Shown here: positions 1-15,000 of the stretch, in pieces | How positions within the stretch are numbered: the first letter of the stretch is position 1 | How the letters are laid out: each line of letters begins with the position of its first letter | Origin: Eledone cirrhosa | Lineage: Eukaryota | Reading direction: 5' to 3' | DNA length: 64,000 bases | Assembly: GCA_964016885.1 (NCBI GenBank) | Contig: OZ024743.1 | Coordinates: 333,622,001 to 333,686,000 of the forward strand | Notes under the pieces: model-generated | Told to the model about the DNA's origin: nothing | Databases searched by the model: none | Seen by the model: the letters and a program-made list of their open reading frames with translations, nothing else | Made by a program: the position numbers and the translations under genes

Positions 1-699
1 ATAATGTCATTATTCTCTACTACTGTTGACCAATACTTTCATTATTGACTACTACTGTTGACCAATACTGTCATATATGTCTACTACTGTTGACCAATAC
101 TGTCATTATTGTCTACTACTGTTGACCAATACTTACATTATTGTCTACAACTGTTGATCAATACTTTCATTGTCTACTACTGTTGACCAATACTGTCATT
201 ATTGTCTACTTCTGTTGATCAATACTGTCATTATTGTCTACTACTGTTGACCAATACTGTCATTATTGTCTACTACTGTTGACCAATACTTTCATTATTG
301 TCTACTACTGTTGACCAATAATGTCATTATTCTCTACTACTGTTGACCAATACTTTCATTATTGACTACTACTGTTGACCAATACTGTCATTATTGTCTA
401 CTACTGTTGACCAATACTGTCATTGTCTACTTCTGTTGACCAATACTGTCATTATTGTCTACTACTGTTGACCAATACTTACATTATTGTCTACAACTGT
501 TGATCAATACTGTCAATATTGTCTACTACTGTTGACCAATACTGTAATTATTGTCTACTACTGTTGACCAATACTGTCATTGTCTACTACTGTTGACCAA
601 TACTGTCATTATTGTCTACTTCTGTTGACCAATACTGTTATTATTGTCTACTACTGTTGACCAATACTGTCATTATTGTCTACTACTGTTGACCAATAC

Positions 700-3030
700 T
701 TTCATTATTGTCTACTACTGTTGACCAATACTGTCATTATTGTCTACTTCTGTTGATCAATACTGTCATTATTCTCTACTACTGTTGACCAATAGTCATT
801 ATTGTCTACTTCTGTTGACCAATACTGTCCTTATTCTCTACTACTGTTGACCAATACTTTCATTGTTGTCTACTACTGTTGACCAATACTGTCATTATTG
901 TCTACTACTGTTGACCAATACTGTCATTATTGTCTACTTCTGTTGACCAATACTGTCATTATTGTCTACTACTGTTGACCAATACTGTCATTATTGTCTA
1001 CTTCTGTTGACCAATAATGTCATTATTGTCTACTACTGTTGATCAATACTTTCATTATTGACTACTACTGTTGACCAATACTGTCATTATTGTCTACTAC
1101 TGTTGACCAATACTTTCATTATTGTCTACTACTGTTGACAAATACTGTCATTATTGTCTACTTCTGTTGACCAATACTGTCATTATTGTCTACTTCTGTT
1201 GACCAATACTGTCATTATTGTCTACTACTGTTGACCAATACTGTCATTATTGTCTACTACTGTTGACCAATACTGTCATTATTGTCTACTACTGTTGACC
1301 AATACTGTCATTATTGTCCACATCTGTTGACCAATACTGTCATTATTTTCTACTACTGTTGACCAATACTGTATATTATTGTCTACTACTGTTGACCAAT
1401 ATCTTCATTATTGTCTACTACTGTTGACCAATACTGTCCTTATTCTCTACTACTGTTGACCAATACTTTCATTATTGTCTACTTCTGTTGACCAATACTG
1501 TCATTATTGTCTACTACTGCTGACCAATAATGTCATTATTGTCAACTACTGTTGACCAATACTGTTATTATTGTCTACTTCTGTTGACCAATACTGTCAT
1601 TATTCTCTACTACTGTTGACCAATAATGTCATTATTCTCTACTACTGTTGACCAATACTGTCATTATTGTCTACTACTGTTGACCAATACTTTCATTATT
1701 GTCTCCTACTGTTGACCAATACTGTCATTGTCTACTACTGTTGACCAATAATGTCATTATTCTCTACTACTGTTGACCAATACTTTCATTATTGACTACT
1801 ACTGTTGACCAATACTGTCATATATGTCTACTACTGTTGACCAATACTGTCATTATTGTCTACTACTGTTGACCAATACTTACATTATTGTCTACAACTG
1901 TTGATCAATACTTTCATTGTCTACTACTGTTGACCAATACTGTCAATATTGTCTACTACTGTTGACCAATAATGTCATTATTGTCTACTACTGTTGACCA
2001 ATACTGTCATTATTGTCTACTTCTGTTGATCAATACTGTCATTATTGTCTACTACTGTTGACCAATACTGTCATTATTGTCTACTACTGTTGACCAATAC
2101 TTTCATTATTGTCTACTACTGTTGACCAATAATGTCATTATTCTCTACTACTGTTGACCAATACTTTCATTATTGACTACTACTGTTGACCAATACTGTC
2201 ATTATTGTCTACTACTGTTGACCAATACTGTCATTATTGTCTACTTCTGTTGACCAATACTGTCATTATTGTCTACTACTGTTGACCAATACTTACATTA
2301 TTGTCTACAACTGTTGATCAATACTGTCAATATGGTCTACTACTGTTGACCAATACTGTAATTATTGTCTACTACTGTTGACCAATACTGTCATTGTCTA
2401 CTACTGTTGACCAATACTGTCATTATTGTCTACTTCTGTTGACCAATACTGTTATTATTGTCTACTACTGTTGACCAATACTGTCATTATTGTCTACTAC
2501 TGTTGACCAATACTTTCATTATTGCCTACTACTGTTGACCAATACTGTCATTATTGTCTACTACTGTTGACCAATACTGTCATTATTGTCTACTACTGTT
2601 GATCAATACTGTCATTATTGTCTACTTCTGTTGACCAATACTGTCATTATTGTCTACTACTGTTGACCAATACTGTCATTATTGTCTACTACTGTTGACC
2701 AATACTTTCATTATTGTCTACTACTGTTGATCAATACTGTCATTATTCTCTACTACTGTTGACCAATACTGTCTTTATTGTCTACTTCTGTTGACCAATA
2801 ATGTCCTTATTCTCTACTACTGTTGACCAATACTTTCATTATTGTCTACTTCTGTTGACCAATACTGTCATTATTGTCTACTACTGTTGACCAATACTGT
2901 CTTTATTGTCTACTACTGTTGACCAATACTGTCATTATTGTCTACTTCTGTTGACCAATACTGTCATTATTGTCTACTACTGTTGACCAATACTGTCATT
3001 ATTGTTTACTACTGTTGACCAATACTTTCA
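700..3030. repeat. Duplicated block, copy of ~7470-9800 (offset 6771)
   Basis: Rare marker CCACATC at 1318 and 8089, GTATAT at 1371 and 8142. GACAAAT, TATGGTC and CATTGTTG markers are shared in the same order. Confidence 0.9.
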
Positions 3031-6000
3031 TTATTGTCTACTACTGTTGACCAATACTGTCATTGTCTACTACTGTTGACCAATACTTACATTATTGTCT
3101 ACAACTGTTGATCAATACTGTCAATATTGTCTACTACTGTTGACCAATACTTTCATTATTGTCTACTACTGTTGACCAATACTGTCATTATTGTCTACTC
3201 TGTTGATCAATACTGTCATTATTGTCTACTTCTGTTGACCAATACTGTCATTATTGTCTACTGTTGACCAATACTGTCATTATTGTCTACTACTGTTGAC
3301 CAATACTGTCATTATTGTCTACTTCTGTTGACCAATACTGTCATTATTGTCCACTTCTGTTGACCAATACTGTCATTATTGTCTACTACTGTTGACCAAT
3401 ACTGTATATTATTGTCTACTAGTGTTGACCAATACTTTCATTATTGTCTACTACTGTTGACCAATACTGTCATTATTGTCTACTACTGTTGACCAATTCT
3501 GTCATTATTGTCTACTACAGTTGACCAATACTTTCATTATTGTCTACTACTGTTGACCAATATCTTCATTATTGTCTACTACTGTTGATCAATACTGTCC
3601 TTATTCTCTACTACTGTTGACCAATACTGTTATTATTGTCTACTTCTGTTGACCAATACTGTCATTATTCTCTACTACTGTTGACCAATAATGTCATTAT
3701 TCTCTACTACTGTTGACCAATACTGTCATTATTGTCTACTACTGTTGACCAATACTTTCATTATTGTCTCCTACTGTTGACCAATACTGTCATTGTCTAC
3801 TACTGTTGACCAATAATGTCATTATTCTCTACTACTGTTGACCAATACTTTCATTATTGACTACTACTGTTGACCAATACTGTCATATATGTCTACTACT
3901 GTTGACCAATACTGTCATTATTGTCTACTGTTGACCAATACTTACATTATTGTCTACAACTGTTGATCAATACTTTCATTGTCTACTACTGTTGACCAAT
4001 ACTGTCAATATTGTCTACTACTGTTGACCAATAATGTCATTATTGTCTACTACTGTTGACCAATACTGTCATTATTGTCTACTTCTGTTGATCAATACTG
4101 TCATTATTGTCTACTACTGTTGACCAATACTGTCATTATTGTCTACTACTGTTGACCAATACTTTCATTATTGTCTACTACTGTTGACCAATAATGTCAT
4201 TATTCTCTACTACTGTTGACCAATACTTTCATTATTGACTACTACTGTTGACCAATACTGTCATTATTGTCTACTATTGTTGACCAATACTGTCATTATT
4301 GTCTACTACTGTTGACCAATAGTGTCATTATTGTCTACTACTGTTGACCAATACTGTCATTATTGTCCACTTCTGTTGACCAATACTGTCATTATTGTCT
4401 ACTACTGTTGACCAATACTGTATATTATTGTCTACTAGTGTTGACCAATACTTTCATTATTGTCTACTACTGTTGACCAATACTGTCATTATTGTCTACT
4501 ACTGTTGACCAATTCTGTCATTATTGTCTACTACTGTTGACCAATACTTTCATTATTGTCTACTACTGTTGACCAATATCTTCATTATTGTCTACTACTG
4601 TTGACCAATACTGTCCTTATTCTCTACTACTGTTGACCAATACTTTCATTATTGTCTACTTCTGTTGACCAATACTGTCATTATTGTCTACTACTACTGA
4701 CCAATAATGTCATTATTGTCAACTACTGTTGACCAATACTGTTATTATTGTCTACTTCTGTTGACCAATACTGTCATTATTGTCTACTACTGTTGACCAA
4801 TAATGTCATTATTCTCTACTACTGTTGACCAATACTGTCATTATTGTCTACTACTGTTGACCAATACTTTCATTATTGTCTCCTACTGTTGACCAATACT
4901 GTCATTGTCTACTACTGTTGACCAATAATGTCATTATTCTCTACTACTGTTGAACAATACTTTCATTATTGACTACTACTGTTGACCAATACTGTCATAT
5001 ATGTCTACTACTGTTGACCAATACTGTCATTATTGTCTACTACTGTTGACCAATACTTACATTATTGTCTACAACTGTTGATCAATACTTTCATTATTGT
5101 CTACTTCTGTTGACCAATACTGTCATTATTGTCTACTACTGCTGACCAATAATGTCATTAATGTCTACTTCTGTTGATCAATACTGTCATTATTGTCTAC
5201 TACTGTTGACCAATACTGTCATTATTGTCTACTACTGTTGACCAATACTTTCATTATTGTCTACTACAGTTGACCAATAATGTCATTATTCTCTACTACT
5301 GTTGACCAATACTTACATTATTGTCTACAACTGTTGATCAATACTGTCAATATTGTCTACTACTGTTGACCAATACTGTCATTATTGTCTACTACTGTTG
5401 ACCAATACTTAAATTATTGTCTACAACTGTTGATCAATACTGTCAATATTGTCTACTACTGTTGACCAATACTGTCATTGTCTACTACTGTTGACCAATA
5501 CTGTCATTATTGTCTACTTCTGTTGACCAATACTGTTATTATTGTCTACTACTGTTGACCAATACTGTCATTATTGTCTACTACTGTTGACCAATATCTT
5601 CATTATTGTCTACTACTGTTGACCAATACTGTCCTTATTCTCTACTACTGTTGACCAATACTTTCATTATTGTCTACTTCTGTTGACCAATACTGTCATT
5701 ATTGTCTACTACTGCTGACCAATAATGTCATTATTGTCAACTACTGTTGACCAATACTGTCATTATTGTCTACTACTGTTGACCAATACTTTCATTATTG
5801 TCTCCTACTGTTGACCAATACTGTCATTGTCTACTACTGTTGACCAATAATGTCATTATTCTCTACTACTGTTGACCAATACTTTCATTATTGACTACTA
5901 CTGTTGACCAATACTGTCATATATGTCTACTACTGTTGACCAATACTGTCATTATTGTCTACTACTGTTGACCAATACTTACATTATTGTCTACAACTGT

Positions 6001-9000
6001 TGATCAATACTTTCATTGTCTACTACTGTTGACCAATACTGTCATTATTGTCTACTTCTGTTGATCAATACTGTCATTATTGTCTACTACTGTTGACCAA
6101 TACTGTCATTATTGTCTACTACTGTTGACCAATACTTTCATTATTGTCTACTACTGTTGACCAATAATGTCATTATTCTCTACTACTGTTGACCAATACT
6201 TTCATTATTGACTACTACTGTTGACCAATACTGTCATTATTGTCTACTACTGTTGACCAATACTGTCATTGTCTACTTCTGTTGACCAATACTGTCATTA
6301 TTGTCTACTACTGTTGACCAATACTTACATTATTGTCTACAACTGTTGATCAATACTGTCAATATTGTCTACTACTGTTGACCAATACTGTAATTATTGT
6401 CTACTACTGTTGACCAATACTGTCATTGTCTACTACTGTTGACCAATACTGTCATTATTGTCTACTTCTGTTGACCAATACTGTTATTATTGTCTACTAC
6501 TGTTGACCAATACTGTCATTATTGTCTACTACTGTTGACCAATACTTTCATTATTGCCTACTACTGTTGACCAATACTGTCATTATTGTCTACTACTGTT
6601 GACCAATACTGTCATTATTGTCTACTACTGTTGATCAATACTGTCATTATTGTCTACTTCTGTTGACCAATACTGTCATTATTGTCTACTACTGTTGACC
6701 AATACTGTCATTATTGTCTACTACTGTTGACCAATACTGTCATTATTGTCTACTACTGTTGACCAATACTTAAATTATTGTCTACAACTGTTGATCAATA
6801 CTGTCAATATTGTCTACTACTGTTGACCAATACTGTCATTGTCTACTACTGTTGACCAATACTGTCATTATTGTCTACTTCTGTTGACCAATACTGTTAT
6901 TATTGTCTACTACTGTTGACCAATACTGTCATTATTGTCTACTACTGTTGACCAATACATTCATTATTGCCTACTACTGTTGACCAATACTGTCATTATT
7001 GTCTACTACTGTTGACCAATACTGTCATTATTGTCTACTACTGTTGATCAATACTGTCATTATTGTCTACTTCTGTTGACCAATACTGTCATTATTGTCT
7101 ACTACTGTTGACCAATACTGTCATTATTGTCTACTACTGTTGACCAATACTTTCATTATTGTCTACTACTGTTGATCAATACTGTCATTATTCTCTACTA
7201 CTGTTGACCAATACTGTCTTTATTGTCTACTTCTGTTGACCAATACTGTCCTTATTCTCTACTACTGTTGACCAATACTTTCATTATTGTCTACTTCTGT
7301 TGACCAATACTGTCATTATTGTCTACTACTGTTGACCAATACTGTCTTTATTGTCTACTACTGTTGACCAATACTGTCATTATTGTCTACTTCTGTTGAC
7401 CAATACTGTCATTATTGTCTACTACTGTTGACCAATACTGTCATTATTGTTTACTACTGTTGACCAATACTTTCATTATTGTCTACTACTGTTGACCAAT
7501 ACTGTCATTATTGTCTACTTCTGTTGATCAATACTGTCATTATTCTCTACTACTGTTGACCAATAGTCATTATTGTCTACTTCTGTTGACCAATACTGTC
7601 CTTATTCTCTACTACTGTTGACCAATACTTTCATTGTTGTCTACTACTGTTGACCAATACTGTCATTATTGTCTACTACTGTTGACCAATACTGTCATTA
7701 TTGTCTACTTCTGTTGACCAATACTGTCATTATTGTCTACTACTGTTGACCAATACTGTCATTATTGTCTACTTCTGTTGACCAATAATGTCATTATTGT
7801 CTACTACTGTTGATCAATACTTTCATTATTGACTACTACTGTTGACCAATACTGTCATTATTGTCTACTACTGTTGACCAATACTTTCATTATTGTCTAC
7901 TACTGTTGACAAATACTGTCATTATTGTCTACTTCTGTTGACCAATACTGTCATTATTGTCTACTTCTGTTGACCAATACTGTCATTATTGTCTACTACT
8001 GTTGACCAATACTGTCATTATTGTCTACTACTGTTGACCAATACTGTCATTATTGTCTACTACTGTTGACCAATACTGTCATTATTGTCCACATCTGTTG
8101 ACCAATACTGTCATTATTTTCTACTACTGTTGACCAATACTGTATATTATTGTCTACTACTGTTGACCAATATCTTCATTATTGTCTACTACTGTTGACC
8201 AATACTGTCCTTATTCTCTACTACTGTTGACCAATACTTTCATTATTGTCTACTTCTGTTGACCAATACTGTCATTATTGTCTACTACTGCTGACCAATA
8301 ATGTCATTATTGTCAACTACTGTTGACCAATACTGTTATTATTGTCTACTTCTGTTGACCAATACTGTCATTATTCTCTACTACTGTTGACCAATAATGT
8401 CATTATTCTCTACTACTGTTGACCAATACTGTCATTATTGTCTACTACTGTTGACCAATACTTTCATTATTGTCTCCTACTGTTGACCAATACTGTCATT
8501 GTCTACTACTGTTGACCAATAATGTCATTATTCTCTACTACTGTTGACCAATACTTTCATTATTGACTACTACTGTTGACCAATACTGTCATATATGTCT
8601 ACTACTGTTGACCAATACTGTCATTATTGTCTACTACTGTTGACCAATACTTACATTATTGTCTACAACTGTTGATCAATACTTTCATTGTCTACTACTG
8701 TTGACCAATACTGTCAATATTGTCTACTACTGTTGACCAATAATGTCATTATTGTCTACTACTGTTGACCAATACTGTCATTATTGTCTACTTCTGTTGA
8801 TCAATACTGTCATTATTGTCTACTACTGTTGACCAATACTGTCATTATTGTCTACTACTGTTGACCAATACTTTCATTATTGTCTACTACTGTTGACCAA
8901 TAATGTCATTATTCTCTACTACTGTTGACCAATACTTTCATTATTGACTACTACTGTTGACCAATACTGTCATTATTGTCTACTACTGTTGACCAATACT

Positions 9001-12000
9001 GTCATTATTGTCTACTTCTGTTGACCAATACTGTCATTATTGTCTACTACTGTTGACCAATACTTACATTATTGTCTACAACTGTTGATCAATACTGTCA
9101 ATATGGTCTACTACTGTTGACCAATACTGTAATTATTGTCTACTACTGTTGACCAATACTGTCATTGTCTACTACTGTTGACCAATACTGTCATTATTGT
9201 CTACTTCTGTTGACCAATACTGTTATTATTGTCTACTACTGTTGACCAATACTGTCATTATTGTCTACTACTGTTGACCAATACTTTCATTATTGCCTAC
9301 TACTGTTGACCAATACTGTCATTATTGTCTACTACTGTTGACCAATACTGTCATTATTGTCTACTACTGTTGATCAATACTGTCATTATTGTCTACTTCT
9401 GTTGACCAATACTGTCATTATTGTCTACTACTGTTGACCAATACTGTCATTATTGTCTACTACTGTTGACCAATACTTTCATTATTGTCTACTACTGTTG
9501 ATCAATACTGTCATTATTCTCTACTACTGTTGACCAATACTGTCTTTATTGTCTACTTCTGTTGACCAATAATGTCCTTATTCTCTACTACTGTTGACCA
9601 ATACTTTCATTATTGTCTACTTCTGTTGACCAATACTGTCATTATTGTCTACTACTGTTGACCAATACTGTCTTTATTGTCTACTACTGTTGACCAATAC
9701 TGTCATTATTGTCTACTTCTGTTGACCAATACTGTCATTATTGTCTACTACTGTTGACCAATACTGTCATTATTGTTTACTACTGTTGACCAATACTTTC
9801 ATTATTGTCTACTACTGTTGACCAATACTGTCATTATTGTCTACTTCTGTTGATCAATACTGTCATTATTCTCTACTACTGTTGACCAATAGTCATTATT
9901 GTCTACTTCTGTTGACCAATACTGTCCTTATTCTCTACTACTGTTGACCAATACTTTCATTATTGTCTACTACTGTTGACCAATACTGTCATTATTGTCT
10001 ACTACTGTTGACCAATACTTAAATTATTGTCTACAACTGTTGATCAATACTGTCAATATTGTCTACTACTGTTGACCAATACTGTCATTGTCTACTACTG
10101 TTGACCAATACTGTCATTATTGTCTACTACTGTTGACCAATATGGCATTGTCTACTACTGTTGACCAATACTGTCATTATTCTCTACTACTGTTGACCAA
10201 TACTGTCATTGTCTACTACTGTTGACCAATACTGTCATTATTGGCTACTACTGTTGACCAATACTGTCATTGTCTACTACTGTTGACCAATACTGTCATT
10301 ATTGTCTACTACTGTTGACCAATACTGTCATTATTGTCTACTTCTGTTGACCAATACTGTCATTATTGTCTACTACTGTTGACCAATACTGTCATTATTG
10401 TCTACTTCTGTTGACCAATAATGTCATTATTGTCTACTACTGTTGATCAATACTTTCATTATTGACTACTACTGTTGACCAATACTGTCATTATTGTCTA
10501 CTACTGTTGACCAATACTGTTATTATAGTCTACTTCTGTTGACCTATACTGTCATTATTGTCTACTTCTGTTGACCAATAATGTCATTATTGTCTACTAC
10601 TGTTGACCAATACTGTCATTATTGTCTACTACTGTTGACCAATACTGTCATTATTGTCTACTTCTGTTGACCAATACTGTCATTATTGTCTACTACTGTT
10701 GACCAATACTGTCATTATTGTCTACTTCTGTTGACCAATAATGTCATTATTGTCTACTACTGTTGATCAATACTTTCATTATTGACTACTACTGTTGACC
10801 AATACTGTCATTATTGTCTACTACTGTTGACCAATACTGTTATTATTGTCTACTTCTGTTGACCTATACTGTCATTATTGTCTACTTCTGTTGACCAATA
10901 ATGTCATTATTGTCTACTACTGTTGACCAATACTGTCAATATTGCCTACTACTGTTGACCTATACTGTCATTATTGTCCACTTCTGTTGACCAATACTGT
11001 CATTATTGTCTACTACTGTTGACCAATACTGTCATTATTGTCTACTACTGTTGACCAATACTGTCATTATTGTCTACTACTGTTGACCAATACTGTCATT
11101 GTCTACTACTGTTGACCAATACTTACATTATTGTCTACAACTGTTGATCAATACTGTCAATATTGTCTACTACTGTTGACCAATACTTTCATTATTGTCT
11201 ACTACTGTTGACCAATACTGTCATTATTGTCTACTCTGTTGATCAATACTGTCATTATTGTCTACTTCTGTTGACCAATACTGTCATTATTGTCTACTGT
11301 TGACCAATACTGTCATTATTGTCTACTACTGTTGACCAATACTGTCATTATTGTCTACTTCTGTTGACCAATACTGTCATTATTGTCCACTTCTGTTGAC
11401 CAATACTGTCATTATTGTCTACTACTGTTGACCAATACTGTATATTATTGTCTACTAGTGTTGACCAATACTTTCATTATTGTCTACTACTGTTGACCAA
11501 TACTGTCATTATTGTCTACTACTGTTGACCAATTCTGTCATTATTGTCTACTACAGTTGACCAATACTTTCATTATTGTCTACTACTGTTGACCAATATC
11601 TTCATTATTGTCTACTACTGTTGATCAATACTGTCCTTATTCTCTACTACTGTTGACCAATACTGTTATTATTGTCTACTTCTGTTGACCAATACTGTCA
11701 TTATTCTCTACTACTGTTGACCAATAATGTCATTATTCTCTACTACTGTTGACCAATACTGTCATTATTGTCTACTACTGTTGACCAATACTTTCATTAT
11801 TGTCTCCTACTGTTGACCAATACTGTCATTGTCTACTACTGTTGACCAATAATGTCATTATTCTCTACTACTGTTGACCAATACTTTCATTATTGACTAC
11901 TACTGTTGACCAATACTGTCATATATGTCTACTACTGTTGACCAATACTGTCATTATTGTCTACTGTTGACCAATACTTACATTATTGTCTACAACTGTT

Positions 12001-15000
12001 GATCAATACTTTCATTGTCTACTACTGTTGACCAATACTGTCAATATTGTCTACTACTGTTGACCAATAATGTCATTATTGTCTACTACTGTTGACCAAT
12101 ACTGTCATTATTGTCTACTTCTGTTGATCAATACTGTCATTATTGTCTACTACTGTTGACCAATACTGTCATTATTGTCTACTACTGTTGACCAATACTT
12201 TCATTATTGTCTACTACTGTTGACCAATAATGTCATTATTCTCTACTACTGTTGACCAATACTTTCATTATTGACTACTACTGTTGACCAATACTGTCAT
12301 TATTGTCTACTATTGTTGACCAATACTGTCATTATTGTCTACTACTGTTGACCAATAGTGTCATTATTGTCTACTACTGTTGACCAATACTGTCATTATT
12401 GTCCACTTCTGTTGACCAATACTGTCATTATTGTCTACTACTGTTGACCAATACTGTATATTATTGTCTACTAGTGTTGACCAATACTTTCATTATTGTC
12501 TACTACTGTTGACCAATACTGTCATTATTGTCTACTACTGTTGACCAATTCTGTCATTATTGTCTACTACTGTTGACCAATACTTTCATTATTGTCTACT
12601 ACTGTTGACCAATATCTTCATTATTGTCTACTACTGTTGACCAATACTGTCCTTATTCTCTACTACTGTTGACCAATACTTTCATTATTGTCTACTTCTG
12701 TTGACCAATACTGTCATTATTGTCTACTACTACTGACCAATAATGTCATTATTGTCAACTACTGTTGACCAATACTGTTATTATTGTCTACTTCTGTTGA
12801 CCAATACTGTCATTATTGTCTACTACTGTTGACCAATAATGTCATTATTCTCTACTACTGTTGACCAATACTGTCATTATTGTCTACTACTGTTGACCAA
12901 TACTTTCATTATTGTCTCCTACTGTTGACCAATACTGTCATTGTCTACTACTGTTGACCAATAATGTCATTATTCTCTACTACTGTTGAACAATACTTTC
13001 ATTATTGACTACTACTGTTGACCAATACTGTCATATATGTCTACTACTGTTGACCAATACTGTCATTATTGTCTACTACTGTTGACCAATACTTACATTA
13101 TTGTCTACAACTGTTGATCAATACTTTCATTATTGTCTACTTCTGTTGACCAATACTGTCATTATTGTCTACTACTGCTGACCAATAATGTCATTAATGT
13201 CTACTTCTGTTGATCAATACTGTCATTATTGTCTACTACTGTTGACCAATACTGTCATTATTGTCTACTACTGTTGACCAATACTTTCATTATTGTCTAC
13301 TACAGTTGACCAATAATGTCATTATTCTCTACTACTGTTGACCAATACTTACATTATTGTCTACAACTGTTGATCAATACTGTCAATATTGTCTACTACT
13401 GTTGACCAATACTGTCATTATTGTCTACTACTGTTGACCAATACTTAAATTATTGTCTACAACTGTTGATCAATACTGTCAATATTGTCTACTACTGTTG
13501 ACCAATACTGTCATTGTCTACTACTGTTGACCAATACTGTCATTATTGTCTACTTCTGTTGACCAATACTGTTATTATTGTCTACTACTGTTGACCAATA
13601 CTGTCATTATTGTCTACTACTGTTGACCAATATCTTCATTATTGTCTACTACTGTTGACCAATACTGTCCTTATTCTCTACTACTGTTGACCAATACTTT
13701 CATTATTGTCTACTTCTGTTGACCAATACTGTCATTATTGTCTACTACTGCTGACCAATAATGTCATTATTGTCAACTACTGTTGACCAATACTGTCATT
13801 ATTGTCTACTACTGTTGACCAATACTTTCATTATTGTCTCCTACTGTTGACCAATACTGTCATTGTCTACTACTGTTGACCAATAATGTCATTATTCTCT
13901 ACTACTGTTGACCAATACTTTCATTATTGACTACTACTGTTGACCAATACTGTCATATATGTCTACTACTGTTGACCAATACTGTCATTATTGTCTACTA
14001 CTGTTGACCAATACTTACATTATTGTCTACAACTGTTGATCAATACTTTCATTGTCTACTACTGTTGACCAATACTGTCATTATTGTCTACTTCTGTTGA
14101 TCAATACTGTCATTATTGTCTACTACTGTTGACCAATACTGTCATTATTGTCTACTACTGTTGACCAATACTTTCATTATTGTCTACTACTGTTGACCAA
14201 TAATGTCATTATTCTCTACTACTGTTGACCAATACTTTCATTATTGACTACTACTGTTGACCAATACTGTCATTATTGTCTACTACTGTTGACCAATACT
14301 GTCATTGTCTACTTCTGTTGACCAATACTGTCATTATTGTCTACTACTGTTGACCAATACTTACATTATTGTCTACAACTGTTGATCAATACTGTCAATA
14401 TTGTCTACTACTGTTGACCAATACTGTAATTATTGTCTACTACTGTTGACCAATACTGTCATTGTCTACTACTGTTGACCAATACTGTCATTATTGTCTA
14501 CTTCTGTTGACCAATACTGTTATTATTGTCTACTACTGTTGACCAATACTGTCATTATTGTCTACTACTGTTGACCAATACTTTCATTATTGCCTACTAC
14601 TGTTGACCAATACTGTCATTATTGTCTACTACTGTTGACCAATACTGTCATTATTGTCTACTACTGTTGATCAATACTGTCATTATTGTCTACTTCTGTT
14701 GACCAATACTGTCATTATTGTCTACTACTGTTGACCAATACTGTCATTATTGTCTACTACTGTTGACCAATACTGTCATTATTGTCTACTACTGTTGACC
14801 AATACTTAAATTATTGTCTACAACTGTTGATCAATACTGTCAATATTGTCTACTACTGTTGACCAATACTGTCATTGTCTACTACTGTTGACCAATACTG
14901 TCATTATTGTCTACTTCTGTTGACCAATACTGTTATTATTGTCTACTACTGTTGACCAATACTGTCATTATTGTCTACTACTGTTGACCAATACATTCAT

